Shown piece by piece: positions 32,072-41,346 of a DNA stretch of 49,296 bases. The DNA is taken from assembly GCA_021839985.1 (NCBI GenBank), contig JAKBZO010000002.1, positions 1-49,296 on the forward strand, written 5' to 3'. The notes under the pieces were generated by a model. The model was given only the letters and a program-made list of their open reading frames with translations. It did not search any database and was not told the DNA's origin. The position numbers and the translations under genes are program-made. Position 1 is the first letter of the stretch. Each line of letters begins with the position of its first letter. Origin of the DNA: a bacterium (GTDB lineage Bacteria > Patescibacteriota > Minisyncoccia > Phycocordibacterales > SBAW01).

Positions 32072-33760
32072 TCATTGGTCGGTAAGATACTGCGGCGCAT
32101 TGTCACGCATGAAGCCGAGGAAGTTCGCCATGGCGGCTGGTGCACCGTAGAGCGTTCCCGCTGGTCCCTTCTCAAGTACGACCGCGAATGCGTAGCGCGG
32201 ATGTTCATACGGGAAGAAACCGACGATCCATGAGTTCATGAACTGATTATGATCGCCGAGCTGCGCGGTGCCGGTCTTTGCGGCGACGTGTACGAAACCG
32301 ACGTTGACCGCGGCGGCGGTCCCGTTGTCATCGACGCAGAGTCTCATGCCTTCACGCACGACCTCGAGATCGTGCGTGGAGATCGGGAGTGTTATGCCTT
32401 GCGCCGGAGTGCCCTCAAGAAGCGTTGGCGTCAGCAGAGTGCCGTTGTTCGCGATCGCTGCGATCGCACGCGCCATTTGTAATGGTGTGACCTGCACGCC
32501 GTACTGTCCGATCGAGGTGTGGTAGGTGTCGCCGATGCGCCACGGATCGCCGGGGAATACGACCGCTTTCCAGGCGGGCGTCGGGATCGTGCCGGCGCTC
32601 TCGGAAAAACCGGAAAGTCCGGTCGGCGCACCGAAACCGAACATGCGGAAATATTTATCGATGTTGTCGATGCCAATGCCTTTCTGCGATCCATATCCCC
32701 CGCCCACTTCATAGAAATACACATCGGAGGACACGGCGATCGCATGGCGCACATCGACGTATCCTTGCGGTCGCCAGTCTTTGAAGATCGACGGGTGTGC
32801 GGGATCGTACGGATTTGGCACGGAGATGGAGCCAGTCGAGAGGATCTGCGTGTTCTCCGAGACCACGCCTTCGGTGAGCGCGCCGAGTGCCATGATCGGT
32901 TTGACGATCGAACCCGGCGTATAGAGACCGTCGACTGCGCGATCAAGGAATGGGAGGCGCGGATCGGAGAGTAATGCTGAGATCGCGCGAGAGTCTGAAC
33001 CTTGCGCAAGCGTGTTGAGCGAGAACTCAGGCCAGCTCACCGATGCGAGTATCCCACCCGTGCGCACGTCCATGATGACGCCAGCGCCGCCGATGAATTT
33101 CGATTCCGTCGCCTGCTTCGCGATCGCGTCGTATAAGCCTTGCGAAAGCGGCGCGTCGATCGACAGCGTGAGCGTCTGACCGTTCTCCGCCGGTTGGATC
33201 GTGCTCGCGGAGACCACTTTGCCGGTCACGTCGGTTTCCGTAAGTTGCGCACCGTTGTGTCCGGCGAGCAGATCATCGAACGCCGCCTCTGCTCCATCGA
33301 CGCCGACGCTGGACTCTCGGAAATATGATCCACTCGCATCCTGCGCGGGAGGTTTCGCGTAGCCGACCACATGTGCGATGCCGCGATAGTCGGTGTACAC
33401 GCGATCGGAGAAATCGCTGCTGGTCGCGATCGCATTGCTGGCGAGCACGTTCCCATTCCGATCGAGTATCTCGCCGCGATCGGCAAACAGGATCGTGCTG
33501 TCGAGTTTGTTCTGAAGCGCGCGCTTGGCGAAGACCGCGCCCTGCGCGATCTCCAGCCGCCACGCTTGCGCAAGATACACGACGCACAGGAGCACCAAAA
33601 AAATGCCGACGCCGGCGATCGACCGGCGCGAGAGCGGACGCTCCACGCGCCCTTCGAATTGGTCGATGTCGAACTCCGGCAAGTTCGAGGAGTCTGCGAA
33701 GATCTCATCCGGCGATATTTCCACGACACGCTTCGACTTCCTTCTCATTCGCCATGACAT
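32072..33760 (-). CDS. mrdA: Class B penicillin-binding protein 2 (elongation transpeptidase)
   Basis: N-terminal TM; SxxK GSIVKP, SSD(V) and KTGTAQ. Confidence 0.85.
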   Translation of the reverse strand: MSWRMRRKSKRVVEISPDEIFADSSNLPEFDIDQFEGRVERPLSRRSIAGVGIFLVLLCVVYLAQAWRLEIAQGAVFAKRALQNKLDSTILFADRGEILDRNGNVLASNAIATSSDFSDRVYTDYRGIAHVVGYAKPPAQDASGSYFRESSVGVDGAEAAFDDLLAGHNGAQLTETDVTGKVVSASTIQPAENGQTLTLSIDAPLSQGLYDAIAKQATESKFIGGAGVIMDVRTGGILASVSWPEFSLNTLAQGSDSRAISALLSDPRLPFLDRAVDGLYTPGSIVKPIMALGALTEGVVSENTQILSTGSISVPNPYDPAHPSIFKDWRPQGYVDVRHAIAVSSDVYFYEVGGGYGSQKGIGIDNIDKYFRMFGFGAPTGLSGFSESAGTIPTPAWKAVVFPGDPWRIGDTYHTSIGQYGVQVTPLQMARAIAAIANNGTLLTPTLLEGTPAQGITLPISTHDLEVVREGMRLCVDDNGTAAAVNVGFVHVAAKTGTAQLGDHNQFMNSWIVGFFPYEHPRYAFAVVLEKGPAGTLYGAPAAMANFLGFMRDNAPQYLTDQ

Positions 33761-33869
33761 ACGACAGCAGTATAGCGCGTGACCGAGAAAAAAAGAATCA
33801 GGAGCAATGAGGCGGGTTAAACAACCGCAGAGCTCAGGCGTACGGCGGGTTCTCGTCTCAACATTTCAT

Positions 33870-34400
33870 CTATTGAATATCCGGCAATAAGCGTACCGTC
33901 ACTGAATTTGACGGCTGTGCGCCGTTTTGTGCGACGCATGTGAGCGTAAACGATGTTGGTGACATTATCACCGGAGACTCAACGCTCCCCTCTCCTTTTT
34001 CTGGATTCTCGACGGTCGTACTCCAAGAGCTATCGGTTTGCGCGATAGTGCATGAACTTGCGCGTACGTTCTCCACGCTCCAGTGAAGATAAGTGGTCAT
34101 CTTACGATAGATGACCGACGGGTCCGGCATAAGCGTCACGGTCGGCATCACATAATTCGCCACTATCGATGTGTCGGCGATGGCATACTTTTGTACTGAC
34201 GTCGATGCGGAGCCAGTGATGAGGGAGTCCACCACTTGTTCCGGCACGGACACGCGCTGCCCGCTCGAACTTTTTGACGGTAGACCGAAACCGAAGGTGA
34301 GCACCCACCACAGTGCGACGAGGGTGGCGAATAGGATCGCAAAGACCGTCCACTCGGCGTAGAACGCGAGCGGCCGGCGCGGATCATGTAAAGAGAACAT
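33870..34400 (-). CDS. Hypothetical membrane-anchored protein with a beta-rich extracytoplasmic domain
   Basis: One TM segment (WTVFAILFATLVALWWVLTF). No diagnostic motif. Confidence 0.5.
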   Translation of the reverse strand: MFSLHDPRRPLAFYAEWTVFAILFATLVALWWVLTFGFGLPSKSSSGQRVSVPEQVVDSLITGSASTSVQKYAIADTSIVANYVMPTVTLMPDPSVIYRKMTTYLHWSVENVRASSCTIAQTDSSWSTTVENPEKGEGSVESPVIMSPTSFTLTCVAQNGAQPSNSVTVRLLPDIQ

Positions 34401-34472
34401 AGTTAGAGTATAACGCGTACCGGTATGGCTGGTACGTCAAAAGTACTGCCGTGTGGATAGCCTGCTTTCGTT

Positions 34473-35762
34473 TTAGAGATACGACAGCGGATTGAGATAG
34501 CCGGAGAGCGGTGCGACCGGCATGGTGTAGATCCTTCCCCGGCATCCCTTGCTTGGGAACGATGAGATCTGAACCACATCTGATGCGAATACGCCGAAGT
34601 GCAAGTGCGGACCGGTCGCGTAGCCGGTCGACCCGCTATAGCCGACCGTCTGTCCGGTTGCGACCACTTGCCCGGCGCCTACGCTGATGACGGAAAGATG
34701 CGCGTACAGCGTTGATAGGCCGTTGGTGTGCTTGATGAATACCCACTTGCCGTAGGATGCGCCTGGGCATGTGAGATCGGTGTTGCCGGTGCCAAGGACA
34801 ACGCCGGGGTCGGCAGACATGACGCGCGTGCCGGGACTTGCGGCGAAGTCGACACCTGAATGCCCATGACCGTTATAGATCTGCGGATTTTGAGTTGCGA
34901 ACGGTGTGTTGCCGAAGTATTGAGTGATGCGGATGTTCGCGAGCGGCCACTGTAAGATGTGATGTCCGCTTGTGGGCAGCGTCGAGGTGTCGACCACGCC
35001 CTTGAGCTGGTTCTGAAAGGCGTTGAGCTCTTGCTCGAATTCATCCTCTTGTGCTTGCTTCTGCGCGATGAGCGCCTGATAATTCGATTCTTTGTCTTTG
35101 GTCTGCGCAAGAAGCGAGTTCTTGTCGGCGATCGTAGCCGCGAGCGCTTGTTTCTGCTGCGTCAAGTCGAGCTTGAGGGCGGCAAGTTCGTCGCGCTTTT
35201 GTTGTGTGGTGGTGCGCGTGTTGGTGAGCGAGACCTTCAGCGAGGACAGATCTTTGACCTGGTTACGCAGATCATCGCGCGTGGTTGAAAGGGACACCAC
35301 TTCGTCGAAGATCGAGGAGAGCGTACCGCCTGAAAGAAGCACGAGGGCTGCCGGGCTCTCGTCATTGCTGTTAAGGTCGCGCAAGATCGCTGCGATACTC
35401 GCATTATCTGCCTGAATGCTTGTTGAGGTGGTGGCGATGTTCGTTGAAAGTGCCTGGATCTGGAGATCTGCCCTGCTTATCTGCGTTTGAGTGAGCGAGA
35501 TCTGTGCAGTAAGTTTTTTATTCGAGAGATCGAGCGTGTTGAGCGCACTTTGGAGCGTCTGCTTCTGTGAGCTGGTCGAGTCGAGTTCTTTTTGAAGTGC
35601 CGTGATCTCGTTCTGGATCGCTTGTATCTTTTGCGAGCGGTCGTCGATCTGAGATTGAATATCGTTCTGCGTGTCGGCGTGGACGAGGTGCGCCAGCGGA
35701 GCGCACAGAGATACGCACACCACGAGGATCAGCAATAAGCGTAGAGCGGTGCGTGTCGGCAT
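34473..35762 (-). CDS. M23 family metallopeptidase with a long N-terminal coiled coil (EnvC-like)
   Basis: HSGVDFAA and GYSGSTGYATGPHLHF are M23 motifs. A signal/TM segment follows MPTRTALRLLLILVV (ATG 35762). Confidence 0.85.
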   Translation of the reverse strand: MPTRTALRLLLILVVCVSLCAPLAHLVHADTQNDIQSQIDDRSQKIQAIQNEITALQKELDSTSSQKQTLQSALNTLDLSNKKLTAQISLTQTQISRADLQIQALSTNIATTSTSIQADNASIAAILRDLNSNDESPAALVLLSGGTLSSIFDEVVSLSTTRDDLRNQVKDLSSLKVSLTNTRTTTQQKRDELAALKLDLTQQKQALAATIADKNSLLAQTKDKESNYQALIAQKQAQEDEFEQELNAFQNQLKGVVDTSTLPTSGHHILQWPLANIRITQYFGNTPFATQNPQIYNGHGHSGVDFAASPGTRVMSADPGVVLGTGNTDLTCPGASYGKWVFIKHTNGLSTLYAHLSVISVGAGQVVATGQTVGYSGSTGYATGPHLHFGVFASDVVQISSFPSKGCRGRIYTMPVAPLSGYLNPLSYL

Positions 35763-35816
35763 TTCTCTACTGTAGAACGTTTGCCAGGTCGAGGCAAACG
35801 GGAGCACCAGATCCGC

Positions 35817-35845
35817 AAAAGAAAAAGGGGCCTGGTTAGGGCCCC
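35817..35845 (-). terminator. Rho-independent terminator after the 35872-36390 gene
   Basis: Plus strand AAAAGAAAAA-GGGGCC-TGGTTAG-GGCCCC; on the minus strand the hairpin is followed by TTTTTCTTTT. Confidence 0.65.
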
Positions 35846-35871
35846 TTGGTCGTGCGTCGGCGGTGTGCGAT

Positions 35872-36390
35872 TTAGTTGTGCTTCATGTCGCTGATCTGTG
35901 CGAGCACTTTTTCGAGCAGACCATCCGCCATACGGATGTACTTCGCTGGCGTCTCGCCGAAGTGTTCAAGCAGTTCGGCGGCGACATCCCACAGGATCGC
36001 TCCGTGCGCTATGGCGTAGCCGAACGCGTGTGGCGACTGCGATATTGCTGGCGTGAGACGAGTGTGGCTGCAGTGATCATAGATCTCTTGGTCGCACAGG
36101 CACAGCATCTTGTGTACTTTCTCGGTGATCCCCCCGCTAAGTTCCGCGTTTTTGGCCGCTTCCTTGAACTTGGTCGCGTCTTCAGTGCTGGTGAACGTCA
36201 CCTTGTTTCCATGTAGCTCGAAGCCAAGGAAGAGCATGTCCAGTTCGAACTCGCTGAGTGTGTCGACGTCCTTGCACTCGGGATGGATCATTCTGTCGAA
36301 AAACGGCATGCGGCTCAAGGTCCAGCCGACCACCAGGAATGCGATCACGACGCCTATGATCAGTGCCAATCCAGGGTTGATCGTGTCCAT
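35872..36390 (-). CDS. Hypothetical protein with N-terminal TM (172 aa)
   Basis: GGAGGA (36395-36400, minus strand) lies 5 nt upstream of the ATG. No recognisable motif. Confidence 0.6.
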   Translation of the reverse strand: MDTINPGLALIIGVVIAFLVVGWTLSRMPFFDRMIHPECKDVDTLSEFELDMLFLGFELHGNKVTFTSTEDATKFKEAAKNAELSGGITEKVHKMLCLCDQEIYDHCSHTRLTPAISQSPHAFGYAIAHGAILWDVAAELLEHFGETPAKYIRMADGLLEKVLAQISDMKHN

Positions 36391-36460
36391 TTCGTCCTCC
36401 TTTCTCGAGGAAAGTATTCACACCGCGAATGTGCGGTCTGCGCATACCATAGCACATAAA

Positions 36461-37888
36461 TTACAAAAGCTCAATAGCTTTGGTGAGGCGTTGTTTCGTT
36501 ACTTCTTTCCCCAGGAGTGCGGCGAGGGTGAATGGGTCAGGCGACTTTTCGCGGCCGGAGAGCGCGACGCGCATCGGCCAGAGCACGGTGCTCCTCCCCA
36601 CTTCCGTGGCGAAGGGGAAAACCTGCTCCTTCACGCTCTCCCCGCTCCACGCGCGCTCAGAAATGTCATCGAGCATCTCGATAAGCGCTGTGAGATTCTT
36701 TCGCACTATCTCAGCGTCAGCCTTCGCGCCGGCAAGAAGCAGGTCTCGGGAAGGAGCCGCCTCTTCAAAGAATGCGAACTCGCCTCCCGTGAGCGACTCG
36801 ACGGCGTCGCTGAGCGTCTGTGCGCGCTCTCGCAGAAGCGGAAGCGCGCGCGCCGTGTATCGCGGCATTTGCGCACCGCGCTCATCCATGAGTATCGTGA
36901 GTCGCCCCATGAACTCATCGTCGGAGAGTCGCTTGAGATGTTCATGGTTCATCCAGGAAAGTTTGACGTCGTCGAATTTCGCGCCGGCTTTTTGCACGCG
37001 GCTGATGTCGAATTTCTCCGCGAGCTCCGCAGCACTCATTATTTCCGTCTCGTCCTCCGGGTGCCAGCCGAGCAGCGCCAAAAAATTCACGATCGCCTCC
37101 GGCGCGTATCCTTCTCGGCGATAATCGAGCACGTCTTTTGCGCCGTCGCGCTTGCTCAATTTCTTTTTGCCGTCAGGACCAAGAATGACCGGCAGCGTTG
37201 CCATCTCCGGCGGCGTGATACCGAGCGCTTCATAGAGTGAAAGGAACTTCGGCGTCGAGGAGATGAATTCTTCGCCGCGCATGATGTGCGTCACGCCCAT
37301 CTCCAAGTCGTCGACGATATGCGCGAAGTTGTATGTTGGATAGCCATCGCTTTTGATGAGAATGAAATCGTCGAGTGCTTCCTCCCCCGCCGACAATTCT
37401 CCGCGCACGAGGTCGGTCCAGATGAATCGCTTGATCTCCGGAGTGCGGAAGCGCAGCGGTTGCGTACCGTCCCACGCGTCGGGGTTGTGCGGTCGATGAT
37501 CGCGATACAAGAATGGCCGCTTCTCTGCTTCTGCAAGCAATCGAAAACCCTCGAGCTCGTCTTCGGTGTACGGATCAGGATATGCGTATCCTCGATCGAT
37601 CAGGATCTGCGCATACCTCTTGTAGGTCTCAAGCCGCTGTGATTGCAGGTACGGTCCATGCGGGCCGCCGATGTCCGGACCTTCATCCCACACGATGCCG
37701 AGCCAGCGCAGCGACTCAATGATATGTTCGATCGAACCGGCGACTTCGCGCTCTTTGTCCGTGTCTTCGATACGAAGAATGAAGCGGCCGCCATGTTTGC
37801 GCGCGAAAGCCCAAGCAAAGATGGCGGTGCGCACGCCGCCGACGTGCATGAATCCTGTTGGGCTTGGGGCGAAGCGGGTGATGATCAT
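36461..37888 (-). CDS. gltX: Glutamate--tRNA ligase
   Basis: RFAPSPTGFMHVGGVRTA (HIGH region) and KLSKRDG (KMSKS). Confidence 0.92.
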   Translation of the reverse strand: MIITRFAPSPTGFMHVGGVRTAIFAWAFARKHGGRFILRIEDTDKEREVAGSIEHIIESLRWLGIVWDEGPDIGGPHGPYLQSQRLETYKRYAQILIDRGYAYPDPYTEDELEGFRLLAEAEKRPFLYRDHRPHNPDAWDGTQPLRFRTPEIKRFIWTDLVRGELSAGEEALDDFILIKSDGYPTYNFAHIVDDLEMGVTHIMRGEEFISSTPKFLSLYEALGITPPEMATLPVILGPDGKKKLSKRDGAKDVLDYRREGYAPEAIVNFLALLGWHPEDETEIMSAAELAEKFDISRVQKAGAKFDDVKLSWMNHEHLKRLSDDEFMGRLTILMDERGAQMPRYTARALPLLRERAQTLSDAVESLTGGEFAFFEEAAPSRDLLLAGAKADAEIVRKNLTALIEMLDDISERAWSGESVKEQVFPFATEVGRSTVLWPMRVALSGREKSPDPFTLAALLGKEVTKQRLTKAIELL

Positions 37889-37891
37889 GTG

Positions 37892-39016
37892 TTATTCGTG
37901 TGAGATGCCGATATCGAGCAGCGCTGTCGCGATCGTCTGCGCTGCGTCGCCGCGTGCGAATGCTTTTGCTGCGGCGCTCAGTTGCGCCGCAAGCGACGGG
38001 TTGTCGATGATGCGATCGATCTCGGCGATCAGGATGCCGGGCGTGAGGTTGTTCTGTTCAATGACCGCGGTGGCACCGGCGCGCGCGTATGCGAATGCAT
38101 TTTTCGTTTGATGATCGCCGGCGGCTCCCGGGAGCGGAATGAGAATGGACGGCAGGCCCCACGCTGCGATCTCAAAGAGCGCTGAGCCGGAGCGCGAGAT
38201 CACGAGCGACGCCGCGCCTGCGGACATGCGCATGGCGAGATCGTCGAGATAGTCGAATGCGTGATAGCGCTCCGGGTGCGGAGAATCATGGAGTACCAAC
38301 TTGGCGCGTCCTTCTACTTCGGTGATATTGGCGCGGCCAGTCTGATGGATGATCTGATATTTCTCGACGAGGCGCGGCAGCGCGGCAAGGATAGCGTCGT
38401 TGATCGTCACCGCTCCTTGCGAACCGCCGAGCACTAGCAAGACCGGCACGCCTTCCTGCAGTTTGAGATATTCGAACGCGCCTTCTTTCGTCGGGTGAAG
38501 AAGCGCCTTGCGCACCGGGTTGCCGGTCACTGCAACTTTTTCTTTCGGAAAATATTCTGCCGCTTCGGGGAACGAGACCGCGATCTTCTGCGCGAACTTC
38601 CCTGCCCACACATTAACGCGACCGGGAACCGAATCGCTTTCGTGGATGATGATCGGAATGCGGAACAGTCGCGCGGCAAGAAGCGTCGGGAAACTCACAT
38701 AGCCGCCCTTGCTGAAGACGACATCGGGATAGAGAAAGAAAACGCGCACGACCGACTTGATGACGCCCCATGACGCCTTGAACAGGTCGATCACGTTCAT
38801 TAACGAGAAGTAGCGCCGCAGTTTGCCGGCTGCGGTCGGAACGAAACGGATGTCGTTGGCGACGAGCATGTCGCGGTCGTACGGATCGGGCGCGGCATAA
38901 TACAAGATCGGTTCGATGAGCCGGCGTTCGCGTACAGCATCGTGTACCGCTTCCGCGACCGCGATGATCGGATAGAAATGGCCGCCTGTTCCCCCTCCGG
39001 TGAATAGTATCTTCAT
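37892..39016 (-). CDS. murG: Undecaprenyldiphospho-muramoylpentapeptide beta-N-acetylglucosaminyltransferase
   Basis: MKILFTGGGTGGHFYP.. from the ATG at 39016. The ORF-track extension to 39061 is translation through the heptad array. Confidence 0.9.
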   Translation of the reverse strand: MKILFTGGGTGGHFYPIIAVAEAVHDAVRERRLIEPILYYAAPDPYDRDMLVANDIRFVPTAAGKLRRYFSLMNVIDLFKASWGVIKSVVRVFFLYPDVVFSKGGYVSFPTLLAARLFRIPIIIHESDSVPGRVNVWAGKFAQKIAVSFPEAAEYFPKEKVAVTGNPVRKALLHPTKEGAFEYLKLQEGVPVLLVLGGSQGAVTINDAILAALPRLVEKYQIIHQTGRANITEVEGRAKLVLHDSPHPERYHAFDYLDDLAMRMSAGAASLVISRSGSALFEIAAWGLPSILIPLPGAAGDHQTKNAFAYARAGATAVIEQNNLTPGILIAEIDRIIDNPSLAAQLSAAAKAFARGDAAQTIATALLDIGISHE

Positions 39017-39046
39017 AGGTTTTAGCTGGTAGCTTGTAGGTTTTAG
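39016..39046 (-). repeat. Heptad-phased CTA array H4 (5 CTA) abutting the murG start
   Basis: Minus strand CTAAAAC CTACAAG CTACCAG CTAAAAC CTATG; the last CTA shares its A with the ATG. Plus-strand TAG at 39016, 39023, 39030, 39037 and 39044. Confidence 0.95.
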
Positions 39047-39112
39047 AGTTAACCCAACCACCTAACAGCTCGCAGCTTGTTACTCAGTGTAGCAAAAATA
39101 CCGTCCTCACGC

Positions 39113-40207
39113 TCATCCCTGTTTCATCCGCCTGGAGACGCTGAGGACGACGCCGACTTCGGCAAGAGCGATCGCGAGCGCGGTGCCGCCGTGAGAGACG
39201 AAGATGAGTGGAAGGCCGGAAAGTGGCACGATCCCGACGGCGGTGCCGATGTTGAGGAACGATTGTCCGGCGATGAGTACGATGACGCCAACGACCAAGA
39301 GGCTGCCGAATGCATCCGGTGATCGCGCTGCGATACGCAGTCCGAGCAGCGCGAATGCGGCGAAAAGAAGCACGAGCAGCGTGCTTCCGATGAAGCCGAA
39401 CTCTTCTCCGGCGACGGCGAAGATCGAATCGTCCATCGGCTCAGGAAGATACGAGAATTTTTCCATGCTTTGTCCGAACCCCCTTCCCCACATGCCGCCG
39501 GAACCTATCGCGACGAGCGATTGCTGTGTTTGATATCCGGCGCCGAGTGCGTCGGCGGACGGGTTGAGGAATGTTTCAAAACGTGCGCGAAGATAGGGGC
39601 GGTAAAGTGCGAGCGCGCCGATCACGAGGACGCCGACAAGGATGATCCCCGCGAGGTATGAGACGCGGCCGCCGGCGGCGTAGAGCATCGCGGCGCCTGC
39701 GATGCAGATCATGACGACGCCGTGCGTGTCCGGCTGGAGAAGAAGAATGCCTGCCGCGGAACCGAGCACGAGCAGGAACGGCACCATGCTCGCCTTGAGT
39801 GTTCGAATATCTTTCGCGCGTGCGGCAAAGAGTGCGGCGAGCAGGGCGACGGTGGAAAACTTCAGCAATTCGACCGGCTGGAAAGAAAGCGGACCAAGAG
39901 AGAGCCAACGGCTCGCACCTTTGAGCGAGAGACCGAGCGGCGTAAGTGTGAGCGCCGTGAGAAAAAGCGACAGAATGAAGAAATACGGCGTCCACTTGCG
40001 CCATGCGCGATAGTCGAGATTGGCGATTACCGCAAGTGCGATGCCGCCACCGACAAAACCGAGGAGCACCTGGCTTATAGCAACGCTTGAGAACGAGGCG
40101 CCACTGCGTGCGAGGAGTCCCATGGCGGCGGAGGTAAAGATAAGCAGGCCGAAGATGACCAGTATGCCGGAGATGAGCAAAAATGGCGTGTCGACGGAAT
40201 GTTTCAT
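39113..40207 (-). CDS. ftsW: SEDS-family peptidoglycan glycosyltransferase FtsW/RodA
   Basis: About 10 TM segments, the ..GQS..K.SYLPE..DSIFA.. motif, and its position between mraY and murG. Confidence 0.88.
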   Translation of the reverse strand: MKHSVDTPFLLISGILVIFGLLIFTSAAMGLLARSGASFSSVAISQVLLGFVGGGIALAVIANLDYRAWRKWTPYFFILSLFLTALTLTPLGLSLKGASRWLSLGPLSFQPVELLKFSTVALLAALFAARAKDIRTLKASMVPFLLVLGSAAGILLLQPDTHGVVMICIAGAAMLYAAGGRVSYLAGIILVGVLVIGALALYRPYLRARFETFLNPSADALGAGYQTQQSLVAIGSGGMWGRGFGQSMEKFSYLPEPMDDSIFAVAGEEFGFIGSTLLVLLFAAFALLGLRIAARSPDAFGSLLVVGVIVLIAGQSFLNIGTAVGIVPLSGLPLIFVSHGGTALAIALAEVGVVLSVSRRMKQG

Positions 40208-40263
40208 AAAGCTGGTAGCTCTGTCAGTTTTTAGGTTCGGACCGCATCCCTAAAAGCTGGGTA

Positions 40264-41334
40264 TTATGCGATCGCGAGCACCATGCCGAGTATTGCGCAC
40301 ACGATGCCGACGATCCAGTAGCGCATGGTCACTTTATACGACGGCCAGCCGATCGCTTCGAAATGGTGATGGAGCGGCGCGATACGCAGCAATTTTTTGC
40401 CGAAGAATCTCTTACTGATCACTTGTGCGATATTCGACAGCACGGTCACCACAAGCAAAAACGCGACAAGTGGAAGCGCGGAAACGCCGCGTCCGCCGCC
40501 GTGCACATCAGTGAGGAATGCGACCACGGTGAGCAGGAGCGTGAGCCCCATGGTGCCGGTCTCGGAAAGATAGAATCGTGCAGGCGGAATGTTGAACCAC
40601 AAGAATGCAAGGAGTCCGCCGGCGACCGCGGCGCACAGCGCGGCAAGATCGAAGAGATGTTCATAGAACGCGATGCCGGAATATGCCAAGAACATGGACG
40701 TGAAGACGCCGCCGGCGAGGCCGTCGATGCCGTCGATGACGCCGCCGGCATACATGAAGAGTGCGACGCATACGAAGAATGGAACGAACAGAACGCCGAG
40801 TTCAAGCGGAGTAGTGCCAAGCGGAAGTGAGACCGATGAGATGCCGAGTTTGCTGTAGAACCACCAGGCGCACAAAAGCGATATGATCGCGACGATGCCG
40901 AGTCGCACGCGCAAGCGAAGTCCGCCGCGCCCGAGTACTTCATAGAAGTCATCGATGGCGCCGACGATGGAGCCGAGGAGGAACGTCGCAAGCGGCACCC
41001 ATGTTTGTGCGCGGCTAATGAATGAGATGTTGCCCCAGAATACCGAGTTCGTTCCCCAGGCGACGAGGGCGTATAGCGCTACAGTAAGCAGCACGCTCAG
41101 CCACACGATCACTCCGCCGAGGCGCGGCGTCGAGCGCTCATCGCCGGTGCGGTTGCCGTGAAGTCGATTGAACTCGACCGCTTGCGAGCCATCGAGCGCG
41201 GTCTTTCCTCCCTTCCGTTTCCACATTTTATAGGTGTACAAAAAGTGCGTGACGATCGGCGTGATCGCAATGCCGATCACGAATGCGCTTGCAGCGGGGA
41301 TGAGGATCTCGGGTGCGGTGAAAGTGTTCGGCAT
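40264..41334 (-). CDS. mraY: Phospho-N-acetylmuramoyl-pentapeptide transferase
   Basis: Polytopic; DDF..V, IDGIDGLA and APLHHHFE motifs. Confidence 0.92.
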   Translation of the reverse strand: MPNTFTAPEILIPAASAFVIGIAITPIVTHFLYTYKMWKRKGGKTALDGSQAVEFNRLHGNRTGDERSTPRLGGVIVWLSVLLTVALYALVAWGTNSVFWGNISFISRAQTWVPLATFLLGSIVGAIDDFYEVLGRGGLRLRVRLGIVAIISLLCAWWFYSKLGISSVSLPLGTTPLELGVLFVPFFVCVALFMYAGGVIDGIDGLAGGVFTSMFLAYSGIAFYEHLFDLAALCAAVAGGLLAFLWFNIPPARFYLSETGTMGLTLLLTVVAFLTDVHGGGRGVSALPLVAFLLVVTVLSNIAQVISKRFFGKKLLRIAPLHHHFEAIGWPSYKVTMRYWIVGIVCAILGMVLAIA

Positions 41335-41346
41335 ACTTCTTCAGAC

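Noticed and set aside
39017-39061. N-terminal extensions of murG (to 39061), the exonuclease (to 4121), rplU (to 11867), rmuC (to 13312) and the 8693 ORF (to 9208) as given by the ORF track
   Set aside because: The conserved protein N-termini begin at internal ATGs. The extensions start at non-ATG codons and, for murG and the exonuclease, are simply translation of the CTA heptad arrays.
40208-40240. A possible degenerate heptad array in front of ftsW (..CTAAAAA CTGACAG AGCTACCAG CTTT ATG)
   Set aside because: The CTA/TAG spacing is 16 nt, not a multiple of 7, and only two CTA triplets remain. It may be a decayed array but does not meet the phase criterion.
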